Assembly: GCA_016235455.1 (NCBI GenBank)
Contig: JACRKZ010000102.1
Span: forward strand, 7,744 to 71,743
Source: Armatimonadota bacterium
GTDB taxonomy: Bacteria > Armatimonadota > UBA10988
Direction of reading: 5' to 3'
DNA: 64,000 nt
The position numbers were made by a program, and so were the translations under genes. The notes below the pieces were generated by a model. It searched no databases, had not been told where the DNA came from, and saw only the letters and a list, made by a program, of their open reading frames with translations. How positions within the stretch are numbered: position 1 is the first letter of the stretch; each line of letters opens with the position of its first letter. Below, one piece after another: positions 18,573 to 27,606 of this stretch.

Positions 18573-21500
18573 TCACTTGCCCAGCGGCGTTCCCTCGCTG
18601 ATCACCGTGACCTGGGCGCGCGCTCTCACGCCCGCCGGTGCCTCGGCGGCGAACGTCAGGGCGTTGGTGCCCGGCGCGAGGCTCGGCACCACGCCGCGCG
18701 GCGTCACATGCGCGATGACCGCGCCGCGCTCATCGCGCATGGTAGCCTCGCCGGTCCCCTCGTACTCCAGGTACTGGCCGCTCTCCAAGGTGACCGGGAA
18801 GCTCAGCGCCTGGCCCGCCACCGTTACCGTCGGGTTGGTCAGTTTGACCTTGAGCACGGGCAGCGCCCTGACCGCGCTGAGGTAGCAGGTGATCGGCTCA
18901 CCAGGCGGCAGGTTGTTGGCCCACAGGTTGAACGCCCCCACCCGACCCCGCACCAACGGGCTGCGACCGACCTCGCAGGCCCCGCCATACGGCCAGAAGT
19001 AGTCCTGATGGCGCTGGGCATCACGCTCGCGCAGCAGCAGTTCCACGTAGCGCCAGCCGACGAAGTCGATGTCCACGTAGTGGTCGTCCCAGGCCGTGTA
19101 GTCCTCGCGGGTGTTGTTGAGCTGGAGGTTCAGCAACTCGCCCTTCCCATCGCCATGGATCCACACGCCCAGCGCGCCACACGCGCTCATGTTCAGCGGC
19201 GGCGTGAAGGCCTGGGCCAGTTTGGTCCACGCGCCGCGGCGCTCGGCCGTGGTGTTCGTGGCGGTCAGCCGGCCGCTCACGCTGCCCGCGCGCGCGGGCT
19301 CGGTGGCCGTGGTCAGGCTCTGCGTCGCGCCCGCCGCCTGCGGGGTGAACCGCTCGGGGCGGGTGAAGTCGGTGACCAGCACCCCGTCAGGCGAATCGTA
19401 GGGCTGCACGGCATACAACGCCTCGATCCGCAGCCGCAGCGGCTGGGCGGCGTGGCGATTGATCACCTGCCAGCGGCCGGAGCCGTCGTCGAGCGCGGTC
19501 ACGCGATGGTGCGCGTAGTCCGTGGGTCGCAGCTGCCAGGCGCCGCCCGCGGCCGGCGCGAGCCGGAACTGCTCGCCCGGCGCGCGCAGTCTGGCCAGCA
19601 CCTGCGGCGCGAACGCGCGGTCCAGCCGCAGCCGCTCATAGCGCCCGAGCAGGGCCAGGTACTCGTCCTGGCGCGCATTGGGCGGAGTGGGCCCGGCCTC
19701 GATGCCCTGCAGGCTTGACGAGTGGTCCCAGCCCAGGCACTTGCCGGCGAAGTACTCCATGTCCTCGGGGAACATGCCCGCGTGGTCGGCCGACGGGCCG
19801 TTGAGCACCCACCAGCCCATGTGGCCGGGCAGCATCTCGCCCGTCGCGTAGGTGGCCAGCTCGGCGCAGTGCAGGTCGGTGAAGCGGTTGTAGCCCCACA
19901 GCGGATGGTCCCAGGCGCCCACCCGCGAATGGAACGGCCAGGCGCCCCACGAGCCCGAGCTGGACTCGACCAGCACGCGTCCCTTCAGCCGGCGGAAGAT
20001 GGCCTGCTTCATGACGGCCACCGCGTGCGCGGTCTTCATGCCCTCGGAGCCGTCCATGTAGATCATGTCGAACCCGCAGGTGTTGTAGACCTCGGCGATG
20101 CGCGCGGCCAGTTCATCGACCAGCGTGCTGCCCTCGTCGGGGATGTAGCAGCAGTAGCTGGCCAGCAGATGGTCCGTCGCGTCGCCCTGAGCATGCGCCG
20201 CCGGCCGGGTCCCCCACCGCCCGCGCGTGCAGCCGTTGAAGCCGTAGGGCGGCTGGCTGGCGATGCCGCTGTAGGCGATGATCTCGTCGCCGATCTGGAT
20301 GGTGTTGCCCGTGCTCATATCGCTCCAGAAGGTCTCCAGCCCTTCGGGCCGCTCGACGGTCGGGATCACCTTGTCGTTCGGGCCGATATCGCCGGCCAGC
20401 GTGAAATGGGCGTCCTTGGCCAGCCGCTTGTCGGGCACCGGCGCCACCCAGGGGTCGTCGACCTGGATGCACCCGGTGAGCGTATGCATGCCGGCCTTGA
20501 GCCCGGCCGCATGGACCTTGGCCACCACCTGCGCGAGCCCGGCCAGGCCGTGGGGGAACAGCGCCGGATTGGGCTCGTAGTGCCCCATGGTGCGCCACCA
20601 CGGGTGGAAGTGGATCTCGGCGAAGCCGCCGCGGCGGGCCAGGGCGATCCACTCGTCGACATTGGCCTCGGAGATCGTGGCGAACACGTATGAGCCGCGA
20701 TTCTCGGGCGCGTCGAGCGCGAACGGCCCGCCCAGCGGCGAGTACGGCAGCCCTTCGGCGCGTACGACGTCCTGCAGCACGCTCCTGATGGCCGCCTGCG
20801 GGCACGCGACCAGCGCCACCTTGGCGCCGACGAGGCCGTAGCGGCGCTCGCAGCGCGGCGTGAGCACGGCCGGCTCGCCGCCCTGCACCGCGGCCTCGAC
20901 CTGCAGGTTGAGCGGCACAGTGGCCGCGGCAAAGTCGGCGTTCACCGCCCAGGCTACGGAGGCGCTGGAGCGCTTGGCGCCGGCGAAGGCCACGCGCCCG
21001 AAGACCACCTGCTCGACCTGCGGGTCGCTGACCGACAGTAGCTCGCAGACCAGGTAGCGACCGCGGTCGGTGACCTTGACCCGCGCGCTGACGCCCGACC
21101 GACCAAAGGTGAAGCTGAGCACGCCGTCACGGTACCCGCAGGCGCTCGGCCGGAAGGTCGTCCCGCCACGCCGGATGCTGACGAAGTCGACGGCCGGCTG
21201 GCCACCATGGTCGCGGCCGGTGGCGCGGTCCACCAGCCCCACCACACGACCGCGCTGGTCGAGCAGCAGGCGCGCTGAGCGAGTCTCCAGGGTCACCGCG
21301 GGCTTGGCCGGAACCGTCGGCATCGGTGCGTAGGCGACGCTGGTCCGCTGTGGCGCGCCGGCCCGATAGTCCGCGAGCACCTGCTCGGGCGTCAGCGCGC
21401 GGTTGTAGAGCTTCACCTCGTCGATCAGGCCGGTATGGCCGGGCTGCTCACCGGCCCAGCGCCCGACCTGCAAGTCGCCCGTGGCTCCCACCGGATAGTC

Positions 21501-22046
21501 CCATTGGGCGGTGCCGACCTGCTTGCCATCGAGGTAGGTGGTCACCGTGGGCCGCGCGAAGGTGGCGGCCAGATGGTACCAGCGACCCGGCTCGAAATGC
21601 CCGAGGCCGACGCCGACCTCGGTCCAGTCGGTCATGGCCATCGGCGCGCGGCCAGGCTTGCCCATGCGGAACGAGCAGTCCTGGTCGGAGACGAACAGCA
21701 TGAAGCCGCCGGGGCACCAGTTGCCCGTGGTGAGGATGTTGGGGTAACGCCCGCCACGTTCCCAACAGACCCACGCCTCGACGGTCAGCGCGGCGGCACC
21801 ATCGAGCCCGGCCGGACAGGGGATGGACACCCAAGCGCCGTTGCCACCGAAGCGCAGTGCCGTGCCAAACGCGCCGCGCACCCACGCCGCGCCGTGGACC
21901 TCACCGTCATTGCCCTGACCCGAGCCGTCAACCACGACGTCACCGGCGCCATCGTCGAAGCGCCAGTCGCCCAGCAGCCCTGGGGTCTGGGCGCGGAGCA
22001 GCCCGCACGCCAGCAGCAGCAACAGAACGGCGCTCCGGTTGGCCAT
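18573..22046 (-). CDS. Large secreted LamG (concanavalin-like) domain protein with glycoside-hydrolase-like central region
   Basis: ORF 18573..22127 trimmed to MANRSAVLLLLLACGLLRAQT (cat verified at 22044-22046). The N-terminal LamG_3-type domain ends in the characteristic IDEVKLYNRALTPEQV. About 1150 aa. Confidence 0.6.
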   Translation of the reverse strand: MANRSAVLLLLLACGLLRAQTPGLLGDWRFDDGAGDVVVDGSGQGNDGEVHGAAWVRGAFGTALRFGGNGAWVSIPCPAGLDGAAALTVEAWVCWERGGRYPNILTTGNWCPGGFMLFVSDQDCSFRMGKPGRAPMAMTDWTEVGVGLGHFEPGRWYHLAATFARPTVTTYLDGKQVGTAQWDYPVGATGDLQVGRWAGEQPGHTGLIDEVKLYNRALTPEQVLADYRAGAPQRTSVAYAPMPTVPAKPAVTLETRSARLLLDQRGRVVGLVDRATGRDHGGQPAVDFVSIRRGGTTFRPSACGYRDGVLSFTFGRSGVSARVKVTDRGRYLVCELLSVSDPQVEQVVFGRVAFAGAKRSSASVAWAVNADFAAATVPLNLQVEAAVQGGEPAVLTPRCERRYGLVGAKVALVACPQAAIRSVLQDVVRAEGLPYSPLGGPFALDAPENRGSYVFATISEANVDEWIALARRGGFAEIHFHPWWRTMGHYEPNPALFPHGLAGLAQVVAKVHAAGLKAGMHTLTGCIQVDDPWVAPVPDKRLAKDAHFTLAGDIGPNDKVIPTVERPEGLETFWSDMSTGNTIQIGDEIIAYSGIASQPPYGFNGCTRGRWGTRPAAHAQGDATDHLLASYCCYIPDEGSTLVDELAARIAEVYNTCGFDMIYMDGSEGMKTAHAVAVMKQAIFRRLKGRVLVESSSGSWGAWPFHSRVGAWDHPLWGYNRFTDLHCAELATYATGEMLPGHMGWWVLNGPSADHAGMFPEDMEYFAGKCLGWDHSSSLQGIEAGPTPPNARQDEYLALLGRYERLRLDRAFAPQVLARLRAPGEQFRLAPAAGGAWQLRPTDYAHHRVTALDDGSGRWQVINRHAAQPLRLRIEALYAVQPYDSPDGVLVTDFTRPERFTPQAAGATQSLTTATEPARAGSVSGRLTATNTTAERRGAWTKLAQAFTPPLNMSACGALGVWIHGDGKGELLNLQLNNTREDYTAWDDHYVDIDFVGWRYVELLLRERDAQRHQDYFWPYGGACEVGRSPLVRGRVGAFNLWANNLPPGEPITCYLSAVRALPVLKVKLTNPTVTVAGQALSFPVTLESGQYLEYEGTGEATMRDERGAVIAHVTPRGVVPSLAPGTNALTFAAEAPAGVRARAQVTVISEGTPLGK

Positions 22047-22132
22047 GGTCGGCCCTCCTGTGTCGGGTGGAGGCCTTCGGCGGTGGGCTGGCAGGACCTT
22101 CTGACGGCCGTGCCCGCGACGTGGCATAATGG

Positions 22133-24190
22133 GTGGCGGCTTGGAGGCGACGAGCAGTGCTTCAGTACCTGCGACTAGAGAACGTCGGGCCGGCGCCCGA
22201 GATGGCGTTCGACTTCGCGCCGCGGCTCAATCTGTTGACCGGCGACAACGGGCTGGGCAAGAGCTTCGTGCTGGATGTCGCTTGGTGGGCGCTGACGGGG
22301 ACGTGGGCCAATGGCATCGCGATCCCTCCGGCGGAGGCTGCAGCCCCAGCGATCGCCTTTCGGCACACGTCTGCCGACGCGGGCGCAACGCGGCCCACGC
22401 TCGCTGTCAAGCGCGCTGACTCGGTTGGGCTGGACTGGCCGCAGCTAGCCAGAGCACGACTGCTCGCACACGGCCATGACCAGAACGAGTGGGGGTCCCT
22501 TCTCCCGGCACTGCTAGAGCAACAGGCAGGCGACACCGACCTGTTGGCGACCGGCCGCGCGTGGCTCATGGGCCGCGAAGACCAGGCGGGCTGGAGCCAG
22601 GTCTGGCAGACGCTGCTAGCCATGCAGCCGGGCGACGCCGACCTGTTGGCGACCGGCCGCACGTGGCTCACCGGCCGCGAGAACCGGGCGGAGTGGGCGC
22701 ACGTCTACCAGACGCTGCTGGCGGCGCAGCCGGGCGACGCCGAGCTGTTTGCGACCGGCCGCGCGTGGCTCGCGGGCCGCGACGACCGGGCGGAGTGGAG
22801 CTACGTCTGGCAGACGCTGCTGGCGGCGCAGGCGGGCGACGCCGAACTGTTGGCGACCGGCCGCGCGTGGCTCGCGGGCCGCGAGGACCGGGCGGAGTGG
22901 AGCCACGTCTGGCGGAGGCTGTTGGCGGCGCAGCCGGGCGACACCGACCTGTTGGCGACCGGCCGCGCGTGGCTCATGGGGCGCGAGGAGCAGGCGGGCT
23001 GGAGCCAGGTCTGGCAGACGCTGCTAGCGACGCAGCCGGGCGACACCGGCCTGCCAATGGGCGAGCTGGCGAAACTACTCGGCCAACTAACCCACGTGGG
23101 CGGACGCGCAGAGACCGTGCACGGCGGCCGAGCGGATCTTGCAGGCGGGTCTGCGTCCAGAGGGCCCCGTGCATCAGCTGGCCCGCAAGACCGCCTTGGC
23201 CTGTACGATCGCGCCACGCAGCAATGGAGGATCGGCAAGGCGTTACCCGGCCACGCTGGCCTTGTCGTCTACATGCGGGTGGACGGTGGGTTCGCAGTTT
23301 GGGATCCGCAGCGCAACGCGGTCAGCGCCGACGGGCCGGGGCGGCCACCAGCGTTTGTGTTCACAGCCGATGAGCTGTGGTCGGGCAACTCAGCCTGCGA
23401 AGGCCTGGTACGCGACTGGACGTCTTGGCAGCGCGAAGGAAACAACGCGTTTCAGCTCCTCTCGAGAGTGCTCGAAGAGCTGGCGCCCGCCGCAGAGGAG
23501 CCGCTGGTGCCCGGTGAGCCGCGACGCATAGCCGTGGGCGACCCCAGAGACTACCCGACTCTGCGGATGCCGTACGGCGAAGACGTTCCGGTGGTGCATG
23601 TCTCCGCAGGCATGAAGCGCATTATCAGTCTGGCCTATCTGCTAGTCTGGACTTGGCGTGAACACCAGGAGATATGCCAGTTGCTCGGGCAGCGGCCAAC
23701 TGACGAACTGGTCCTTCTCGTCGATGAGGTCGAGACGCACCTGCATCCACGTTGGCAACGCTGTATCGTACCCGCCCTTCTGACGGTAATGGACACCATC
23801 ACCGCCGGTTGTCGACTTCAGGCCATCGTGGCCACCCACTCGCCGCTGGTCCTCGCCTCGATGGAAGACACCTTCGACACGAGCACCGACCAGGTCTTCG
23901 ACCTGGAGCTGACCGACGGCCAGGTCGAGGTGCGCCGGCTGCCCTACGAGCCGCTGGGCACCGCCGACGACTGGCTGACCTCCGACGCCATCGGCTTGCG
24001 CTCGGCGCGCGGCTCCTTGGTGCAGGAGGCGCTGCTCGAGGAACTGGCGGCAGCCTGGAACGATCCCGCGCTCACCGAACCGCGTTACCGCGAGCTGTCG
24101 GAGAAGCTGGCGTCGTCGTCCATGCGTGACACCGACCCTGTGCGCAGCCGCTGGCTGGCGCTGGGCGAGCGCCGAGGGTTCGTGTCGTGA
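22133..24190 (+). CDS. AAA_15/AAA_21-type (SMC-head-like) ATPase, PtuA-like, with internal 34-aa TPR-like tandem repeats
   Basis: N-terminus LQYLRLENVGP...LLTGDNGLGKSF (beta-strand plus Walker A). C-terminus LLVDEVETHLHPRWQ (Walker B with THLHP) and IVATHSPLV (H-loop). Five full 34-aa repeats lie between. GTG start. GTGA overlap with the next gene. Confidence 0.6.
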   Translation: MAAWRRRAVLQYLRLENVGPAPEMAFDFAPRLNLLTGDNGLGKSFVLDVAWWALTGTWANGIAIPPAEAAAPAIAFRHTSADAGATRPTLAVKRADSVGLDWPQLARARLLAHGHDQNEWGSLLPALLEQQAGDTDLLATGRAWLMGREDQAGWSQVWQTLLAMQPGDADLLATGRTWLTGRENRAEWAHVYQTLLAAQPGDAELFATGRAWLAGRDDRAEWSYVWQTLLAAQAGDAELLATGRAWLAGREDRAEWSHVWRRLLAAQPGDTDLLATGRAWLMGREEQAGWSQVWQTLLATQPGDTGLPMGELAKLLGQLTHVGGRAETVHGGRADLAGGSASRGPRASAGPQDRLGLYDRATQQWRIGKALPGHAGLVVYMRVDGGFAVWDPQRNAVSADGPGRPPAFVFTADELWSGNSACEGLVRDWTSWQREGNNAFQLLSRVLEELAPAAEEPLVPGEPRRIAVGDPRDYPTLRMPYGEDVPVVHVSAGMKRIISLAYLLVWTWREHQEICQLLGQRPTDELVLLVDEVETHLHPRWQRCIVPALLTVMDTITAGCRLQAIVATHSPLVLASMEDTFDTSTDQVFDLELTDGQVEVRRLPYEPLGTADDWLTSDAIGLRSARGSLVQEALLEELAAAWNDPALTEPRYRELSEKLASSSMRDTDPVRSRWLALGERRGFVS
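22529..23038 (+). repeat. Five tandem near-identical 102-bp coding repeats (34-aa units, consensus D-x-D/E-L-L-A-T-G-R-A-W-L-x-G-R-E-x-x-A-x-W-S-x-V-W-Q-T-L-L-A-x-Q-P-G) inside the ATPase gene
   Basis: Direct reading: gacctgttggcgaccggccgcgcgtggctc... recurs with period 102 nt. Units 1 and 5 are nearly identical at the DNA level. A partial unit precedes from about 22454. Confidence 0.85.
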
Positions 24191-24753
24191 TCCGTGTCAA
24201 ACCAGCACCAGAACCGCCGTCGTTCGACGAGCGAGTTCGCCAACCCGGCTTGGCGCAGTTGCCTGAGCTGAAGCCGCACTGGCGCCGCTGTCTACCCGAC
24301 CTGCTCGCCGCGTACCAGCACATCTGCGCCTACTCGTGCTTCTACATCCATCCGGTCGCCGGCGCGCGTACCGTCGAGCACTTCGGGCCGAAGTCGGCGT
24401 CGCCCGAGCTGGCCTACGAATGGTCGAACTACCGCCTGGTGTGCAGCCTGATGAACAGCCGCAAACAGGCCTTCGACGATGTCCTCGACCCGTTTGAGAT
24501 CGAGAACGGGTGGTTCGTGCTCGACTTCGTGAATTTTGAGGTCCATCCGGACGTTGAGCTGGCCATTGACCACGCCGCCATCCAGGCCACAATCGACCGG
24601 CTCGGACTCAACGACGCGCCCTGCCCGAGCACGCGCCAGCAGGAGTACGAGATGTATGAGCGCGGCGACGCCTCCTGGCGGCATCTCTGTCGCGTCAGCC
24701 CCTTCGTCGCCGCCGAAGTGGAGCGCCAAGGCCTGCGCCGGGCCGGCGACTGA
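24187..24753 (+). CDS. HNH-like nuclease, TIGR02646/PtuB-like
   Basis: HICAYSCFYIHPV...TVEHFGPKS...NYRLVCSLMNSRK matches the Cys-x-Tyr-x-Cys ... (I/V)EHF-PKS ... N-x-x-K pattern of the TIGR02646 HNH-like family that partners AAA ATPases in Septu systems. GTG start overlaps the ATPase stop. Confidence 0.5.
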   Translation: MIRVKPAPEPPSFDERVRQPGLAQLPELKPHWRRCLPDLLAAYQHICAYSCFYIHPVAGARTVEHFGPKSASPELAYEWSNYRLVCSLMNSRKQAFDDVLDPFEIENGWFVLDFVNFEVHPDVELAIDHAAIQATIDRLGLNDAPCPSTRQQEYEMYERGDASWRHLCRVSPFVAAEVERQGLRRAGD

Positions 24754-24769
24754 TTCGTCGGAGACACCC

Positions 24770-25897
24770 ATGCCCAGGCTCAAATGGACCCGCCACGCCG
24801 ACCTGGCCATCTCGCGCGGCTGCTCCGTGCGGCGCGAGGAATACCTCGACCACATGACCTTCGCCGCCAATGCTCGGCCGCTGTTCACCGAGATCTTCGG
24901 CCCGCTCATTGGCCTCAAGGAGGAATGGGAGGAGCAGGGCGCCAGCCCCGAGGAACTCGACTTCTCCGCCTTTCGCTACCGCTGCCCGCTGACCGCGGGC
25001 CTGCCGATCAACACCGGTTGGCTCGGCGGGCCGGCGCCCGAGACGCTGTCCGAGACCGACGACTTCCTGACCTACCGCGATGCCATGGGCCGCACCATGA
25101 AGCTGGCCAAGGGCGTCTCGACGCTGGCGCTGCCCATGGACTGGCCCGTGCGCGGCATGGACGACTGGCTGGCCATCCGGCACCACTACGCCTTCGATGA
25201 GGCTCGTTTCGGCGCCGGCTGGGAGCAGATGGCCCGTGACCACCTGGCCGCCGGCCGCGCCGTGACCGTGTCCCTGCCCGGCGGCTACGACACGTCGCGG
25301 CAGCTCATGGGCGACGAGGCGGCCTGCCTGGCGTTTGCCGACCAGCCGGAGCTGATCGCCGACATCCTGCAGACCGTCGGCGCGATGGTCCAGCGGGTGC
25401 TCGACCGCGTGTCGGCGGCGGTGCAGGTAGACATCCTCAGTGTGCACGAGGACATGGCTGGCCGGAGCGGGCCGATGGTCGGGCCGCGGCAGGTGCGTGA
25501 GTTCATCGCACCCTACTACCGCCGCGTCTGGGACATGCTCGCCGAGCGGGGCGCGCGTCTGTTCGACCAGGATTCCGATGGCAACATGAACCCGGTCATC
25601 GACGCCTTCCTCGACGCGGGCGTCAACGTCATGCACCCCATGGAGCCCGCCGCCGGCATGGACATCGTGCAGGTGCGCCAGCGCTATGGCCGCCGACTGG
25701 CGTTCTATGGCGGCATCGACAAGCATGTGCTGCGCCGCTCGCACGAGGAGATCGACGCCGAGTTGGCGTACCGGGTCCCGCCGCTGCTGGCCTCGGGCGG
25801 GTGCGTGTTCGCGCTGGACCACCGCATTCCCAACGGCACGCCGCTGGGCAACTATCGGTACTATGTGCAGCGGATGTGGGAGATGCTGGGAGATTAG
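24770..25897 (+). CDS. Uroporphyrinogen-decarboxylase (URO-D)-like TIM-barrel protein (MtaA/methyltransferase-like family)
   Basis: ORF 24536..25897 trimmed to the ATG at 24770, preceded by GGAGA 8 nt upstream. Length about 375 aa. Resemblance to the URO-D family (RLAFYGGIDKHVL C-terminal region) is moderate. Confidence 0.4.
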   Translation: MPRLKWTRHADLAISRGCSVRREEYLDHMTFAANARPLFTEIFGPLIGLKEEWEEQGASPEELDFSAFRYRCPLTAGLPINTGWLGGPAPETLSETDDFLTYRDAMGRTMKLAKGVSTLALPMDWPVRGMDDWLAIRHHYAFDEARFGAGWEQMARDHLAAGRAVTVSLPGGYDTSRQLMGDEAACLAFADQPELIADILQTVGAMVQRVLDRVSAAVQVDILSVHEDMAGRSGPMVGPRQVREFIAPYYRRVWDMLAERGARLFDQDSDGNMNPVIDAFLDAGVNVMHPMEPAAGMDIVQVRQRYGRRLAFYGGIDKHVLRRSHEEIDAELAYRVPPLLASGGCVFALDHRIPNGTPLGNYRYYVQRMWEMLGD

Positions 25898-26007
25898 GTG
25901 CACCGAGCACGGCCGACTCTCTTTGGTTGTCTCAGAACAAAGAATCCAGAGAACGATGAATCTACATTTACAGCGACGGCACGCATGGCTACATTCGACA
26001 TAGTCGA

Positions 26008-27606
26008 ATGGAGATCGAGATGATATCGTGTCGGACTGGGCTCGCGACGGTGGTTCTGGTCGCGACACTCTCGCCGCTGTCAGCGCAGAACAGCAGCAGT
26101 ACCGGCGGCATCTGCGGCGTCCCGCCGCGCGAAGCCCTGTTGATACTCCGAGAGGCTGGGATGCCGTGGGCACCGTGCAAGGGTTGGGCCGACGTCATGG
26201 CCGCCGGCGGCGGCGAGCCCGGGCTTGACCTGTCGAGCTGGGGCAGCGGACGCACCTGGCGCACGCTCAAGGGCTGGAATCAGGATCTGACGGTCACTCA
26301 GCTCGGTAGCTGGGCGCAGACCTTGCGTGCGCCGGAGCGCGTGGCCAGCATCGAGCGACTCGGAGCCACGGGGCTCCCACAGGCCGTGGACGCACTGGCA
26401 GTGCTGCTTGACTCCAGCGATGTGGGCATCGCCCCGGCCGCAGGCAAGGCCTTGCGCCGACTTGCGGAACGGGGCTTGGTGAAGCCTGACCGGGTGGCGG
26501 ACTGGCTACAGGTCGGCGCCAAGCAAGCCGCAGCGATCAGCGTGGCGGCAGGGGTGAAGGACGAGACTGGCGTTATGGTAGATCGTGTCGCCAGCCTCGT
26601 CCCAGACCTGTTGCTGCGGGCAGACACCACGACCCTGGGTTGTGCGGCGCTGGCGCTGTACCGCAACGGCCGAAGCGAGCAGGTCGATGCTCTGCTCGGG
26701 TCGGGCGCGAAGGGCAGAGACAGGGACCTCGCCTATCAGGCACTCGCCGACATCGCCGGTGACGTGCGCCCCAACGACCTTCACTGGCTGCCCGGCACAT
26801 GGCAGAGCAAGACACGCGCCGATGAGCCTGACGCGTTGGCAGCGGCGGGGCTCCTGCTCCAGGCCAGCCTGGCCGCCCGCGCCGACCCGGCCACCGAGCT
26901 CGCAAGCGCCGCCCTGCTGGACGACCTACTGGCCGCGGACCGACCTGTTTGGCTGCGCGTGCACGTGGCTGACCTGATAGCGCGGCAGGGCCTCCTTGCC
27001 GACTGCCGGCCGCGCCCCGGCGGCGCCACGCTAGGCGAGCACGCCAGCCAGACCCCGGCTGAGATAGTGGCCAGCGGCACGCTGCCAACCGAGTCGATTT
27101 GGTGGCTTGTGTACCACTTCAGTGTGCCCTGCGCGCTCCGCGCGGGGTGGCCACTACCGAACCACACAGGGATCCTCTCATGCAAACCGACGGCAGAGAA
27201 CACCACCTGCGCCGCGCAATGCCGGGCCATCGGCAAGCTGGCCAAGGAGCGAGGTGAGCACATCGTCGCCCGGTACGTCGAGTTGAACGCAGGCACCCAG
27301 CATGCCGCCTGCGGTGTGTTGCTCCGCGACTCATCGTGCGACAAAGCCTGGGATCAGGAGTTCGTGCTCGTTCGCCTGGCCCACACCGCTTGTGCCGAGG
27401 CAAGGACGTTCGCGCGCTGCGTCGAGCTCAACTACGTCAAGCCCGACACGGTCGGCGCCATTGACGTACTTGCATTGTCGTACAGCTGGCACAACGGCAG
27501 GTACGAACTGGTGACGACGGCAAGCGGCGCTGTTGCGCGGAACGCTTTCGCGCGTATGGTCACAAACAATCTCGGCCACCTGAACTGGAAGGAGACGGAC
27601 ACATGA
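26008..27606 (+). CDS. Secreted hypothetical protein with HEAT/PBS-lyase-like repeat and Cys-rich C-terminal region
   Basis: Signal peptide MISCRTGLATVVLVATLSPLSAQ. PQAVDALAVLLDSSDVGIAPAAGKALRRL is a HEAT-like repeat. The C-terminal 150 aa hold about 10 Cys. The gene and upstream spacer are lower in GC than their surroundings. Confidence 0.4.
   Translation: MEIEMISCRTGLATVVLVATLSPLSAQNSSSTGGICGVPPREALLILREAGMPWAPCKGWADVMAAGGGEPGLDLSSWGSGRTWRTLKGWNQDLTVTQLGSWAQTLRAPERVASIERLGATGLPQAVDALAVLLDSSDVGIAPAAGKALRRLAERGLVKPDRVADWLQVGAKQAAAISVAAGVKDETGVMVDRVASLVPDLLLRADTTTLGCAALALYRNGRSEQVDALLGSGAKGRDRDLAYQALADIAGDVRPNDLHWLPGTWQSKTRADEPDALAAAGLLLQASLAARADPATELASAALLDDLLAADRPVWLRVHVADLIARQGLLADCRPRPGGATLGEHASQTPAEIVASGTLPTESIWWLVYHFSVPCALRAGWPLPNHTGILSCKPTAENTTCAAQCRAIGKLAKERGEHIVARYVELNAGTQHAACGVLLRDSSCDKAWDQEFVLVRLAHTACAEARTFARCVELNYVKPDTVGAIDVLALSYSWHNGRYELVTTASGAVARNAFARMVTNNLGHLNWKETDT

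Noticed and set aside
22094-22132. Sigma-70-like promoter (TTCTGA ... CATAAT) upstream of the ATPase gene
   Set aside because: The -35/-10 spacing is about 20 nt, too long, and the CATAAT abuts the GTG start. There is not enough evidence to call it.
22454-23050. Tandem direct repeats that might be taken for a CRISPR array or minisatellite
   Set aside because: The period is 102 nt with no spacers; the repeats are contiguous, in-frame and encode a 34-aa protein repeat inside an ATPase gene. It is not a CRISPR array.
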